NCBI GenBank assembly: GCA_963799775.1
Contig: CAWCYD010000003.1
Coordinates: forward strand, 864,001 to 928,000
Source of the DNA: an uncultured archaeon
Lineage (GTDB): Archaea > Thermoproteota > Nitrososphaeria > Nitrososphaerales > Gagatemarchaeaceae
Direction of reading: 5' to 3'
DNA: 64,000 bases
This document shows positions 1 to 10,527 of the stretch, piece after piece; the first letter of the stretch is position 1; each line of letters opens with the position of its first letter. A program made the translations under genes and the position numbers. The notes beneath the pieces were generated by a model, which was given only the letters and a program-made list of their open reading frames with translations, did no database searches and was not told the origin of the DNA.

Positions 1-1060
1 ATCAGAGGACGGTTGAGGCTGAGAGACAGGATCTACAAGGTATTCCAAGAGCGCTACGGCGTCTTGTCCTGCTTTCCGTACTCCGTTGCGGAGGTCGCCT
101 GGTCCATCGTGAAGAAGCACAGACGCTGGCGTCGAAGACCCTATGCGAAGCGATCGATGTTCAAGATGGATGCTGCCAGCTACTCGCTCAACTACTCGAT
201 ACTTTCACTGCCGTTCAAGAGAGGCGGAGGGCGAATCCTGATACCATTGCGATACGGCGAATACCAGCGCTCGTTCCTGATGGACAAGAGTCTGAAGCGA
301 GGCTCCGTCACAGTGACTGAGTCGTGCATCGTCATCACCTTCTCGAAGCAGACGCCAACTGTAGAGCCTTCCAGGAAGGTCGGCTACGACCTCAACGAGA
401 AATCAGTCGTCGGGAGCGATGGGCATCTCCTACGACCTCTCAGAGGTAGCCCGACTGCACACGCTCTACGGGGTCAGGCGCTCCCGCTTCTATGAGAGAC
501 ATTCTAATGATAGGCGACTCAGGAAGAAGTTCGCGTCATCCAGAAGAGAGAAGGAACGGGTCAGACAGGAACTCCACAGGGTCTCGACGCTGATAGTGGA
601 GAAAGCCAGAGCGAACAACCAGGCCATCGTCCTCGAGAGGCTCAAGGGAATCAGATACGTTCACCAGAAAGGGAACGGAGAAGGAAAGGAGAGGAGGCGC
701 AGGATCGCTCTCTGGCCGTTCAGGCAACTGCAAGCATACGTCGACTACAAGGCCAAATGGGCTGGAGTACCCATCGAGTACGTCTCCGCGGCCTACACGT
801 CAAAGACGTGCCACGTCTGCGGGAACATCAACAGGCAACTCAAGCTGACCGAGAGGAGCTGGCTATGCCCCCATTGTGGTGCCAAGCTCGAACGCGACCC
901 GAACTCCTCGATCAACATCGAGCGTCGCGGCAAGATACGATGTCTGGGTGAGGCTCGCCCAGGAGCGCGAGGCATGGATGAAGCGATGAAGGGGAACGAG
1001 ACGACGACGGCTCCAATCCTCCGAGCAGAAGCCTCGAAGCTAGGTCTAGAAGTCCGGTAG
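1..1060 (+). CDS. tnpB: TnpB RNA-guided endonuclease (IS200/IS605 family), 5'-truncated by the window, one frameshift near 421-423
   Basis: ORFs 13-495 and 419-1060 join if one G of GGG at 421-423 is removed. RuvC-I VGYDLN, RuvC-II IVLERL, zinc finger CHVC..CPHC, RuvC-III ERDPNSSINI. The frame is open from position 1. Confidence 0.9.
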
Positions 1061-1095
1061 ACTTGGCGGAGCCAACCTTCTCCCCTATCTTCAAG
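930..1095 (+). ncRNA. Putative omegaRNA (sense-overlapping) at the tnpB 3' end; boundaries approximate
   Basis: The tail after RuvC-III (GEARPG..EAMKGNETTTAPILRAEASKL) resembles archaeal tnpB 3' ends that overlap the guide scaffold. Positional inference only. Confidence 0.5.
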
Positions 1096-1131
1096 GCCAC
1101 CGGTTGTCCTGATAATAGCAAGGGACGCTAT

Positions 1132-2541
1132 TTAACCATCCCTCACCTTAAGTTGAGAATTCAGATTGTCTACAGACCTTCTCAGCGCCTCGACGGGGTT
1201 GAGGCGCGAGGCCCTCCAGGCGGGGATGAGCCCGCCGAAGGTGCCCACTGCCACGGCCAGGAGGATGGCCAGGACGATGATCTCAGGAGTGATCGCCGGG
1301 GTGATGCTCAGTGTCGATGAGGCCGAGGCCGTCGGCCCGCCGAAGGCGAGAGACGTTGCTCCGCGGGCGCTCGAGGCAGCGCGGGCGCCTCCGCCTCCGA
1401 AGTTGGGTAAGCTCAGCGTGCCGCTGAGGGCGCCTATCACCACGAAGGAGAGAGCGTATCCTGCGCCCACGCCGATGAACCCGCCCACAAGGCCCGTGAC
1501 CACGGCCTCCGTGAGAAAGACGAGCATGATTCCCTTGCTGCTCGAGCCAAGGGCCTTCAGGACGCCGATCTCCTTCGTGCGCTCGAGGACCGAGGTCAGC
1601 ATCGTCGTCATGATCCCGATGAAAGCAACAAGGACCGAAGTGCCCGCTACCGCCTCAAGGAGCGTGGTGGTCCCAGAGGTCACCGACTGGATGGACGAGA
1701 GGAGCGAGCTCACCGAGGTCGTCCTGATGTTGGAGCCGTACTGGGCCGTGAGCTCGTTGGTCACCTCGTTGACGTCGCTCGGATTGTCTGCGACCACCAT
1801 TATCCCGGTGTAGGTAGTGCTGTGGAGCACCTGCTCTCCAGAGGCGAGAGGGATGAAGATTGTGTTGTCGGGTGTTATGTTGAACCCCTGCCCGAACTCA
1901 TCGTATATCCCCCGAACTATGAATGAGTGACTCCCAGACGAGGATGAGGAAGACGCCGGGGCCGCTCCGATGGAAATTCCCGACTGTCCAAAGCCGATCG
2001 AGGAGCCTTTGAATGTGAATGCGGAGAATCGTTGGGCGCTAGACACGCTCACGACCTGGTTGAGCGTGAAGTTCGATGCGCCCTGGAGACCCGGGAAGGC
2101 GATCGAGTAGCCGATGGCCGCCCCCAACGTGTCCGTGCTCGTCGGGACCGCGCCGACCCCGAGCTTCAGGGTCGGGAAGGCGGCTGAGAGCTGGGAGAAG
2201 TCGACCGCAACTATCGAGGCGCTAATCTGGTAGCTGCCGTCTATGACCTGCCCGTTCGCCTGCTGATAGGGGATTGCCGCCTTGACCCCGGAGAGGTTCT
2301 GCATGAGGGAGGCATCGGAGGCGGTGAGGGTGGTCGACCTGCCTACGGGCGAGACGAACAACGTGGTAGCGCCGAGGCTAGAGAACTGGGCCGTGCTCGC
2401 GTTGCTGTATCCTTGGGTCGCGCTCACGAGCGAGACGATCGTCGCGGGGCCTATCACGATGCCGAGGATTGTGAGGACGGCTCGCAGCTTTCGCTCGGTG
2501 AGGGCGCGCATCGCGTACTTGATGAGCCCGCCAGGACGCAT
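1132..2541 (-). CDS. MacB/FtsX-type ABC transporter permease
   Basis: RKLRAVLTILGIVIG N-terminus, SVLERTKEIGVLKALG, PAWRASRLNPVEALR. Confidence 0.93.
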   Translation of the reverse strand: MRPGGLIKYAMRALTERKLRAVLTILGIVIGPATIVSLVSATQGYSNASTAQFSSLGATTLFVSPVGRSTTLTASDASLMQNLSGVKAAIPYQQANGQVIDGSYQISASIVAVDFSQLSAAFPTLKLGVGAVPTSTDTLGAAIGYSIAFPGLQGASNFTLNQVVSVSSAQRFSAFTFKGSSIGFGQSGISIGAAPASSSSSSGSHSFIVRGIYDEFGQGFNITPDNTIFIPLASGEQVLHSTTYTGIMVVADNPSDVNEVTNELTAQYGSNIRTTSVSSLLSSIQSVTSGTTTLLEAVAGTSVLVAFIGIMTTMLTSVLERTKEIGVLKALGSSSKGIMLVFLTEAVVTGLVGGFIGVGAGYALSFVVIGALSGTLSLPNFGGGGARAASSARGATSLAFGGPTASASSTLSITPAITPEIIVLAILLAVAVGTFGGLIPAWRASRLNPVEALRRSVDNLNSQLKVRDG

Positions 2542-2576
2542 CTAGGATCAGGCCTTCCCTGGAGACCGCGCGCGCG

Positions 2577-5247
2577 TCAAATGACCGACTGGTCTCCTCT
2601 GCTCTCCTGTGGGAGCTCGGCGAGCCTCTTTGTCCTATACCTCCTGAGAAGCACCGCGCCGACCACCGCCGTCAGCACGACGGCACCCACCACGCCGTAT
2701 GCGAGGTCCAGCAGGCCGTTGTCGCCGGTCGAGGGAGTGGTCTGGATGTTCGAGACCCCGCTCCCCAGCTGGCTTGCGGTCTTTATCGTCGTTGTCACCC
2801 CGAAGCTCTGGAGCTGGTTGTTCCCGAACGTGTCCTTGTAGGTCAGTGTGAGAGCGATGCGCGCAGAGCCTGCCGCCCCGTTCCTCGACGTCACGTTGCC
2901 CAGGCCGGAGAAGCCGGTGAAGGTCGCCGTTGCCGATGATGCGAGTGAAGTTACCCGCCCCGCCTGGCGGGACACCGGTGAAGCTCCCCGTCCCCCTCGT
3001 GCGCGAGACCGTGAAGGAGGTGGCGTTGGAGTTGGAGACGGTCGAGTTGCCTGAGGCCGCGGTGGAGTTCACGGTGACGGGAGCAGTGTAGGGTATCGTG
3101 ACGCTGAACGGCAGAGGCGTGTTGGGGTCGATCTCTCCCAGATACACGGCGGTGCCCGAGTTCGTCCCCAGCAGGCCGTTGATCGACGCGTAGTAAGCGG
3201 CGACGCTCCCCTCGTTGAGGAGAGACCCTGTGACCGTGAAGCCGCTGAGCGACTGCGAGACGCTTGTGTCCTGGAGTATCAGGATGACCGTGCCCTCGAG
3301 TGTGAAGCTGATCGGGAAGCTCTGCGTGTGGGAGACGCTGCTAGAGTCGGTGAACGAGACCGTCAGAGTCCCACCATAGATCCCGGGCGTCGCGCTCGGA
3401 CCGCTCGTGAGTTGGGCCGTGAAGGTCGTGCTGGCTCCGGGAGCGAGTTCGTCCGTAGGGACCGCGGAGCCGATCGAGGAGAGGAGCACGGGATTGTCAG
3501 CCAAGAGAGAAAAGGTCGGCGAGTATATCGTCGAGGCCCCGCCGTTTGTCAGCTTGAAGCCAGCGGAGTTCTCCTGTCCCACAGTCATCGTGGAGTTCGT
3601 CTGGGCCAGTGTGAGCTGGAACGTCGTCGTCGAAGCTGGCGCAGCGACAGGAGGAGGGGAGAGGCTGGTGCTCTGCGAGAGTGTCACCGAGTTCGTGGTC
3701 CACGAGAGGTCAAGCGGGAAGGAGTAGCTCCCGGGGGCAACTGAGCTCTCGATGTCAAGGTTGAAAGTGAGAGTGATTACCTGGTTGGGCGTCGCCGTGG
3801 CCGCATAGGCCGTCGCGGTGGTCTGCCCGTTGAGGTCCGTGATCCCCGCGGGAAGTGTCAGCTTCCCCTCGAGGCTCGTTATGGAAGCAGTCCCGACGTA
3901 TTGCAGGCTGATCACGAGCGGGACGTCCGTCGACCCGGGCTCCGGCGAGACCGCCGAGGAGCTTGAAGTGCTGTTCGACGACGCGGCCTTTTGCCAGACG
4001 GAGCTCTCTACGATGAAAGACGACTGCAGGGCCGTGATTGGAGGCGGGGTCACGATGGCGCTCTGGGTGAGCCCGACCGATTGGGAGGTCATCCAAGAGA
4101 GGACAAGCGTGAAGTTGTAGTTTCCGGGCCTGACCGTGCTCGCCAGGTCGAGATTGAAGGTAAGTGTGACAGACCCGTATTGGTTGGTCGACGTGCTCGA
4201 GAACGCGGTGGCCGAGCCGTGGCCGTTTAGGTCGGTCACACCGGTGGGAAGGAGCAGCGTCCCCTGGAGGCTGGTTATCGCGGTCGCCCCGAGATATTGC
4301 AAAGTCACGACGAGTGGCTCGTTCTGGGAGCCGGGGAGCGCGGAGGCCGTCGAAGAGGCGCTGCCCCAATTCGCGCCCTCCACAAGGAACGAGGACGAGG
4401 TGGTGACGGTCGTCGTCGTCGACACCAGGAAACCGAGTGTGTTGGTGACTGATTGGCTGTTGGAATAGGCATCAAGATACTTCGATGTGAAGGTGAGGTC
4501 GAACGCCGTCCCGCTCATCGACGAGGGGACGAAGAGCTGCAACAATGCGCTCGCACTAGCTCCAGGGGCTAGCGACGATGTCGGTGCGAGCTGGTTGAGG
4601 ACCACGACCCCCGAGGGAGCAGCGACCGTCGTCGAGACGGGGCCGGATGTCCCAGTACCGGAGTTGGAAATAGTGATCGTTACGTTGTCGGCCACACCCG
4701 AAGTCAGGTGGGTCGTCGCGGCGGTCAGGCTTAGTTGGACAGGGCCGTAGAGCTCTATCGGCGCCTGCGTGAACTGCGTGAAGATGTTTGAGGTTGAGCT
4801 ATCCACATACTGAATCGCCATCGGGATGGTGTAGATTATTCCCGTCGCAGCGCTCTGGGGCACCGTCAGGTAGAACGTCTCGGCGAGCAAGGTGTTCGGC
4901 CCGGTGTTGACCGCGACGTCCTTGAGCTGCGTCAGCCCGTTAGGGCCTGTGAACGGAGTTACGTAGGTGCCGTTCTGGAGGTAGAGGTAGAAGACCGTTT
5001 GAGCAGCAGTGCAAGGGCCTGAAAAGTCCAGTGATATTGTAAGCGGAACGTTTTGTTCTCCAGGGTAAACGCTGAGAGTCGATCCCGATGTCCCCCAGGC
5101 AACATCAATGACGTTGAATGGATTAGTTGCTGCCGTGCAAGAACTGCTTACGGCTGAAGCGGGGCGGGCAGTAATGGGCAAACCGAAGACAGTCGCTCCT
5201 ATGAGGATGGCGACAATTGCAAGCGAAGAGGCGCGCGGGGCTTTCAT
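2577..5247 (-). CDS. COG1361-like S-layer/Ig-repeat surface protein with signal peptide and C-terminal TM anchor (frameshift near 2950)
   Basis: Signal peptide, repeated W..PG...PL.I.LQY.G beta domains, Ser/Thr-rich. ORF 2577-2975 supplies the TM helix and basic tail. Lies between the ABC ATPase and permease. Confidence 0.8.
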
Positions 5248-5256
5248 CTTCTCAAC

Positions 5257-5988
5257 TCAATTCGTCTTGATATCCACGATAAGCCCGTCGCGGATTGAGA
5301 TGATACGCTGGGCGTGAGCGGCGACCTCAGGGTTGTGCGTGATCACCACGAGCGTCTTGCCAAAGTCCTTGTTGAGCTGCTTCATCAGGCCCATCATCAT
5401 CTCGGTGTTTCTGGTGTCGAGGTTCCCCGTCGGCTCGTCCGCGAGCACTATCTTCGGGTCGTTGGCCAAGGCCCGCGCGACTGCGACGCGCTGCCTCTCG
5501 CCTCCGCTGATGTTGTTGACGTTCTTGTTTGCCTTGTGAGCGATCCCTAGCCTGCCGAGCAACGCTAGAGCGCGCTTTCTCGAGTAGACCGGGTCAGCGC
5601 CGGCGATGAAGAGCGGGAGCTCCACGTTCTCCACCACCGACATCCTGGAGAGGAGGTTGAAGTCCTGGAAGACGAAGCCCAGCTTCCTGCTCCTGACCAG
5701 CGCGAGCTCCTTGTTGTCCAGCTTCGAGATGTCCAGCCCGTCGAGGAAGACCTGTCCAGATGTCGGGCGGTCGAGCGCCCCGAGGATGTTGAGGAGAGTG
5801 GTCTTGCCGCATCCCGAGGGGCCGACTATGGCGATGAACTCGCCGCTCTCGACCGTGAAGCTGAGGCCACGAAGGGCCATCACCTCGTCGTCTCCGGTCC
5901 CGTAACGCTTCTTGAGGTCGACGACCTTGACGGCGTACTCGCTCGGTGACGGCGCAGAGGTGACCTGCACGGTGGTCGAGCCGCTCAC
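5257..5988 (-). CDS. ABC transporter ATP-binding protein (LolD/MacB type)
   Basis: Walker A GPSGCGKT, signature ISGGERQR, Walker B VLADEPTGNLD, H-loop ITHN. Confidence 0.95.
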   Translation of the reverse strand: MSGSTTVQVTSAPSPSEYAVKVVDLKKRYGTGDDEVMALRGLSFTVESGEFIAIVGPSGCGKTTLLNILGALDRPTSGQVFLDGLDISKLDNKELALVRSRKLGFVFQDFNLLSRMSVVENVELPLFIAGADPVYSRKRALALLGRLGIAHKANKNVNNISGGERQRVAVARALANDPKIVLADEPTGNLDTRNTEMMMGLMKQLNKDFGKTLVVITHNPEVAAHAQRIISIRDGLIVDIKTN

Positions 5989-6278
5989 GGTTTCCGCTCC
6001 TGAGCGACTTCCGAGGTTGACGCGGACTGAGCGGGCATGGCCGTCCCGACGTCCGTGAACAAGGAGAAGATCTCGAGGACCAGTCCAACGGAGATCCCGG
6101 CGAACCCGATGAGAGACTCTATCGTCGAGGTGTTGTCGGTGCCCGAGGCAAAGCTGAGGAACGCCGAAGAGCTCGATGCGGACCCTGAGGTGATCAGGCT
6201 CCAGAGCTGGCTCGAGGGAAGAAGCAGGAGAAGGCCAACGAAGGTGAAAATAGCGCTGATGACGACAAGACGCCTCAA
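5985..6278 (-). CDS. Small two-TM membrane protein, first gene of the ABC operon
   Basis: Two hydrophobic segments; 4-nt overlap with the ABC ATPase start. Confidence 0.65.
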   Translation of the reverse strand: MRRLVVISAIFTFVGLLLLLPSSQLWSLITSGSASSSSAFLSFASGTDNTSTIESLIGFAGISVGLVLEIFSLFTDVGTAMPAQSASTSEVAQERKP

Positions 6279-6573
6279 TTCAATCCCTTTCTGCTGAGTT
6301 TGGACGAGTTATAGCGGTTTTCCGGAATGGTTCCCGAATCGCTAGTGAATCTCTCGTAGAATGAGAGAGATGGACGAAAACCGGTCCAGACTGTGCCCAT
6401 TCTTTGTTTTGGGCCTAGTTGCTAGGTTAAGACCATGATGAATTTCTGATACAGGAACTCCCGAATAGATGAAAATCATGCGAATAAGGAGGCGGACGAT
6501 GAGGTGCTAAGCTGGAGCGGGAGCGAAGGGCTGCTCCGATAGCTTAAGAACGGACGGAAGAACTTCAAGCCTC

Positions 6574-7608
6574 ATGAGGGTGGCCATCCTCACCAGGGAC
6601 TATCCTCCCGCCATCGGCGGAGTCGCCACCCATGTCGAGGGCCTGGTGAATGCGCTGAGGCGAAGAGGGATAGAGGCGGACGTGTTCGTCGGGTCGAACG
6701 ACGTGAAGACGCTGCTGCTTCCATTCGACATCCCGCTCAAGAAGTACGATGTCGTCCATGTGCAGAGTTCGCCCTACGGAGCCTTTGTGGTTGGGGTGCC
6801 GCTCGTCGTCACGGTCCACTCGCCGGTGCTCGAGGAAATGCCTCACTACAAGAGGTCCCTCCAGCTCATCTCGCTCCCTGCGATCCCCTTGGAGAGGATT
6901 TCGCTGTCAAGGGCCGCGGCCGTGCTGGCCGTTAGCGACGAGAGCAGGTCTGAGCTCCTCCGCGAATACGGGCTAGACTCTTCCAAGGTAGAGGTCATTG
7001 GAAACGGCGTTGAATACGAGAGATTTTCAGCGAGCAGGAGCGGACGAGCGCGACTGAAGCCCCCAAGGATCCTCGTGGTCTCTAGGCTTGAGCCGAGGAA
7101 GAACGTCGCGGAGGCGATCGAGGCCTTCGCGGAGCTCCCCAAGGGAAGCTGTCAGCTGGACATAGCCGGGGATGGGTCCGAACGGCACGCGCTTGTGGAG
7201 TTGGCGAAGAAACTAGGAGTAGAGGACCGAGTGCACTTCCTGGGGAGGGTCAGCAGCGATGCTCTCCCCGAGATTTACGGGGATGCGTCGATCTTCCTGA
7301 CCACCAGCAGCTCTGAGGGGTTCGGGCTCTCTCTGCTCGAAGCTATGTCGAGTAGTTGCGCGTGCATCGCGTCGAACCTCCCCACACACCGCGCGCTGAT
7401 AGAGCGAGGAGTGACAGGAATGATCTACTCGAGCCGCGCGGCTCTCGTCTCGATGATGAGGGAGCTGTGCGAATCGCCAGACAAGGCCGAGCGCCTGGGA
7501 GCCGCCGCGCGCGAGGCTGCGAAGCGCCATTCGTGGGACAACGTGGCGCAGATCGTGATTGAGGCCTACGAAAAAGTGACGTCAGGCTCGAAAGTTAGGC
7601 CGTCCTGA
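6574..7608 (+). CDS. Glycosyltransferase family 4
   Basis: MRVAILTRDYPPAIGG, SRLEPRKN, EGFGLSLLEAMS. Confidence 0.93.
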   Translation: MRVAILTRDYPPAIGGVATHVEGLVNALRRRGIEADVFVGSNDVKTLLLPFDIPLKKYDVVHVQSSPYGAFVVGVPLVVTVHSPVLEEMPHYKRSLQLISLPAIPLERISLSRAAAVLAVSDESRSELLREYGLDSSKVEVIGNGVEYERFSASRSGRARLKPPRILVVSRLEPRKNVAEAIEAFAELPKGSCQLDIAGDGSERHALVELAKKLGVEDRVHFLGRVSSDALPEIYGDASIFLTTSSSEGFGLSLLEAMSSSCACIASNLPTHRALIERGVTGMIYSSRAALVSMMRELCESPDKAERLGAAAREAAKRHSWDNVAQIVIEAYEKVTSGSKVRPS

Positions 7609-7761
7609 AGCCCAGAAAACCTCGCAAATAATGCGCGCTGAGCAGTTCGAATACAAAATATTTGCATCCTTTTTACAAACACCGCTTCCGTAGATGAGAC
7701 CAGCGTGCCACGCCATAGCATGTCTACGTAGCAGCTCTTCACAGCATTTTTAGATGGAGAA

Positions 7762-9159
7762 TTGTTCCAGTACTCCGTGCTAGGACAGCAGACCCGAAGA
7801 AACGCCGCTAAGATAGCGACGGCAGCAACTATAGTATTGATATCACTAGGCCTCGTTTCATATCCTGGTGCTAGACTCGTCTCAGCGACGACGACTCCAG
7901 CTGGCGTGATGATACCCCTCTACGTCTACCCGGGCAGCGCGTGGACGGCCATCATCCAAGCGAAGCAGGCCAACCCCTCGGTCCCGGTGATAGCGATAAT
8001 CAACCCCAATAGCGGGCCTGGGAGCGCCTCTGACCCCGCCTATGTCTCCGGCATCCAGCAGCTCCAGGCCGCGGGGATCATGGTCTTGGGATACGACCAC
8101 ACGAGCTACGGGGCCAGGTCGGTGACCGACGTGGAGGCCGACGCTGCGCACTACAACTCCTGGTATCACGTCAACGGCCTCTTCTTCGACGAGATGGCTG
8201 CCACGACTGGATACGAGGGCTACTACTCGACGATAAACGCGTACGCAAAGTCGCTCGGGATGACCTACACAGTCGGGAACCCCGGGACGACGCTCCCCTC
8301 GAGCTACATGGGGATACTCAACAACCTCGTGATATACGAGGACTCGGGACTCACAGCGACCTCGAGCCTCCCCTCGAGCTACCCTGGATCTTCCGCGGGG
8401 GAGTTCTCCGTGATCTCATACGCCGACCCAGAGCCGACGACCGCCCAAGTCCAGGGCATCGCCGCCAACGTGGGCTACGTCTACTTCACCGACGCAAACC
8501 TCCCGAACCCCTACGGCGCGCTCCCGAGCTACCTTGCAGCGGAGGTCTCGATGCTCGCGTCACCGAGCACGCCCAGCACGACCACGGCGACCACGACCTC
8601 CAATCCGCCGGTCACCACCACGACCTCGAACCCGCCCTCGACCACGACGACCACGGTGACCCAGGTCCAGTACACGACGGTGACCTCCACAGCGACCGCC
8701 TACGCCACCACGACGGCGACCGCCCAGGCGACGGTCACCTCCACCCACACGGCCAACACCACGACCACGAGCACCCAGACGCTGACCGCGAACGCGACCA
8801 CCACGGACACGACGACCGAGACCGCGACGGCGGTGACGACCGGGACTCAGACCGTCAACTCGACGCTCACTGACACTGCGACCACCACTCAGACGGAGAC
8901 GGAGACCGCGACCACGACGACGACCATGACGCTCACGGCGCAGGCGCCTGTCGCTCCGCCCGCCCTTGCGGCGCCGGCGTTCTTCTCAGGGGTTGTGATG
9001 AACTCGACGTCCCCGATCGCGAAGCCGACACCGGCTCCGAGCGCGATAGCCTCCATCAGGAATGCGGTGGTGGACGCCGCGCAGGCGGTGAGGGCGGCCT
9101 TCGCGGACGTGCTGCAGCACTTGGGACATGCGCTGCAGCTGCTGACATCGGTCTTCTAG
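7762..9159 (+). CDS. Secreted spherulin-4 (GH135)-like protein with Thr-rich stalk
   Basis: IPLYVYP, AIINPNSGPG, GLFFDEM, VGNPGT, IYED, YVYFTDANLPNPYGALPSY; signal peptide; ~130 aa Thr-rich region. Confidence 0.85.
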   Translation: MFQYSVLGQQTRRNAAKIATAATIVLISLGLVSYPGARLVSATTTPAGVMIPLYVYPGSAWTAIIQAKQANPSVPVIAIINPNSGPGSASDPAYVSGIQQLQAAGIMVLGYDHTSYGARSVTDVEADAAHYNSWYHVNGLFFDEMAATTGYEGYYSTINAYAKSLGMTYTVGNPGTTLPSSYMGILNNLVIYEDSGLTATSSLPSSYPGSSAGEFSVISYADPEPTTAQVQGIAANVGYVYFTDANLPNPYGALPSYLAAEVSMLASPSTPSTTTATTTSNPPVTTTTSNPPSTTTTTVTQVQYTTVTSTATAYATTTATAQATVTSTHTANTTTTSTQTLTANATTTDTTTETATAVTTGTQTVNSTLTDTATTTQTETETATTTTTMTLTAQAPVAPPALAAPAFFSGVVMNSTSPIAKPTPAPSAIASIRNAVVDAAQAVRAAFADVLQHLGHALQLLTSVF

Positions 9160-9207
9160 GCCGGGCCTTAGCAAATCATGATGGCCCATATGGGGCCAAG
9201 TATGAGC

Positions 9208-9634
9208 TTAGGACTTTTTCTCGCTCTCAACGAGGCAAGCTCTCCCTGATGCGCCGAGCAACGCGACGTCGATCGAGTTCAGGATGCGTCGCCCGAGCAG
9301 AAGCTTCCCGCCGCCGTGGAGCGGCGTCTCCACTAGCGACTCCATGCGTCGGCCATGGATGTCCAGCTCGACTCTGGCACGCCGCATGACGACATGAACC
9401 TGCGAGCGTCGAATAGGTCCCAAAGCTTTCCCTCGGGACCTCCATCGAAGAAAGGCGGTCATACTCCCGGTCTGGCACCATGAGGTATCCGCCGAAGCCC
9501 GTGTCCAGTGGAGCGGTGAACGTCTCGGTGTGGCCATGGACCGGCTCCCTTGCTCGCAGGACGATTGCCGGCATGGGAGGGTCGGTGGACAGGAAGTCTA
9601 AGCAGCGAACAGCTCTAAGGAGCTCCACAGCCAC
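9208..9634 (-). CDS. Clan AA (retropepsin-like) aspartic protease, frameshift near 9395
   Basis: PLDTGFGGYL catalytic motif in 9227-9634; C-terminal LLLGRRILN in 9208-9537. Confidence 0.75.
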
Positions 9635-9975
9635 TCCCCGCCTTTGGGTATTTCTTCGCCCATCTTCATCACCAGGGCCTTCGGCTCGCCCGACTCCCTC
9701 ACGAGGCTCGCCGCGCCCTCTAGATCATCTGCTGCACCCCTGAAGCGACCGTCGCTAAAGACGACGAACTTGCCTTTGTACTTCTTGAGAAGCTCACGTT
9801 TTGAGGCGGCGTAGGCAGCGTTGTTCGCGTCCATCTCGGTCGCCACCTGGTTCTCTGAGAGCAGCCGCTCGGTCGCTTCAGACAGGGCCTCGCCTATCTT
9901 CTCGCCCTTGGCGGCGGCCCTCGCCTTCAGCCGTTTGTAGAGTTCGGGGTCGAAGTTCCGCACGAGCACGTCCAT
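9598..9975 (-). CDS. RHH-like antitoxin domain fused to a DUF5678-like domain
   Basis: VLVRNFDPELYKRLKARAA (RHH-like); ELLKKYKGKFVVFSDGRF (DUF5678-like); overlaps the protease start. Confidence 0.7.
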   Translation of the reverse strand: MDVLVRNFDPELYKRLKARAAAKGEKIGEALSEATERLLSENQVATEMDANNAAYAASKRELLKKYKGKFVVFSDGRFRGAADDLEGAASLVRESGEPKALVMKMGEEIPKGGEWLWSSLELFAA

Positions 9976-10053
9976 ACCTCAGAGGATTTGATATCGCTTG
10001 TATATTAGTTTATCAATGATATCAAATGGCCTATTCAATGCGACGAAGGAGCA

Positions 10054-10527
10054 CTAGCGCCACACGTGGATAGCGCCAGTCGGACCCGTGCGAGCGGAAG
10101 CTCGCCTAGAGATTCTCGTAAGGCCTTCGACGTGGTCGAAATCGCTATCGAAGGACACAATTTCCTTGACTTTCATGTCATGCATGATCCGGACGGTAAC
10201 CGAGTCTGCGAACGAGAGTCTTCCCCCGTACTTCGTAAAGATTGAAACGGATCTTTCGTAGAGACGCTTGCTGCCGAATACCGTCTTCGTGTCCGCGCCA
10301 TACAGGACATTCTCGAAGCCCTGTCTAGCCGCCTTGGCTCCCAATCTGGCCCCAACGGAAGTGACGCTCTCGGAGATGACTAGGTCCGAGACCAAGCGCC
10401 CACCCTTCAAGGTGGGAAGAACTGCTGCCGCTTTCTCATGATATTGGTCGTCAATGACAGCAAGGGCGATGACGAACGACGAATCGATGAAGATCAAAGC
10501 TCTCCTCGCTGCGCCTTCTTCTTCCAT
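10054..10527 (-). CDS. vapC: VapC PIN-domain toxin
   Basis: IFIDSSFVIA, VISES, LSFADS, IVSFDSDFD. Confidence 0.9.
   Translation of the reverse strand: MEEEGAARRALIFIDSSFVIALAVIDDQYHEKAAAVLPTLKGGRLVSDLVISESVTSVGARLGAKAARQGFENVLYGADTKTVFGSKRLYERSVSIFTKYGGRLSFADSVTVRIMHDMKVKEIVSFDSDFDHVEGLTRISRRASARTGPTGAIHVWR

Noticed and set aside
1086-1103. TTCAAGGCC after tnpB resembling the TCAAGGCC start of repeat copy A, suggesting TnpB targeting or IS ends
   Set aside because: Only 8 nt match, and similarity between copies B and C extends past TCAA, so it is not a junction.
6435-6449. ATGATGA...CTGA as a C/D box sRNA
   Set aside because: The boxes are 4 nt apart, leaving no guide region, and no second box pair is evident.
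8560-8940. ACC/ACG-rich repeats (also 18940-19010 and 30890-30990)
   Set aside because: They encode Thr-rich linkers inside proteins.
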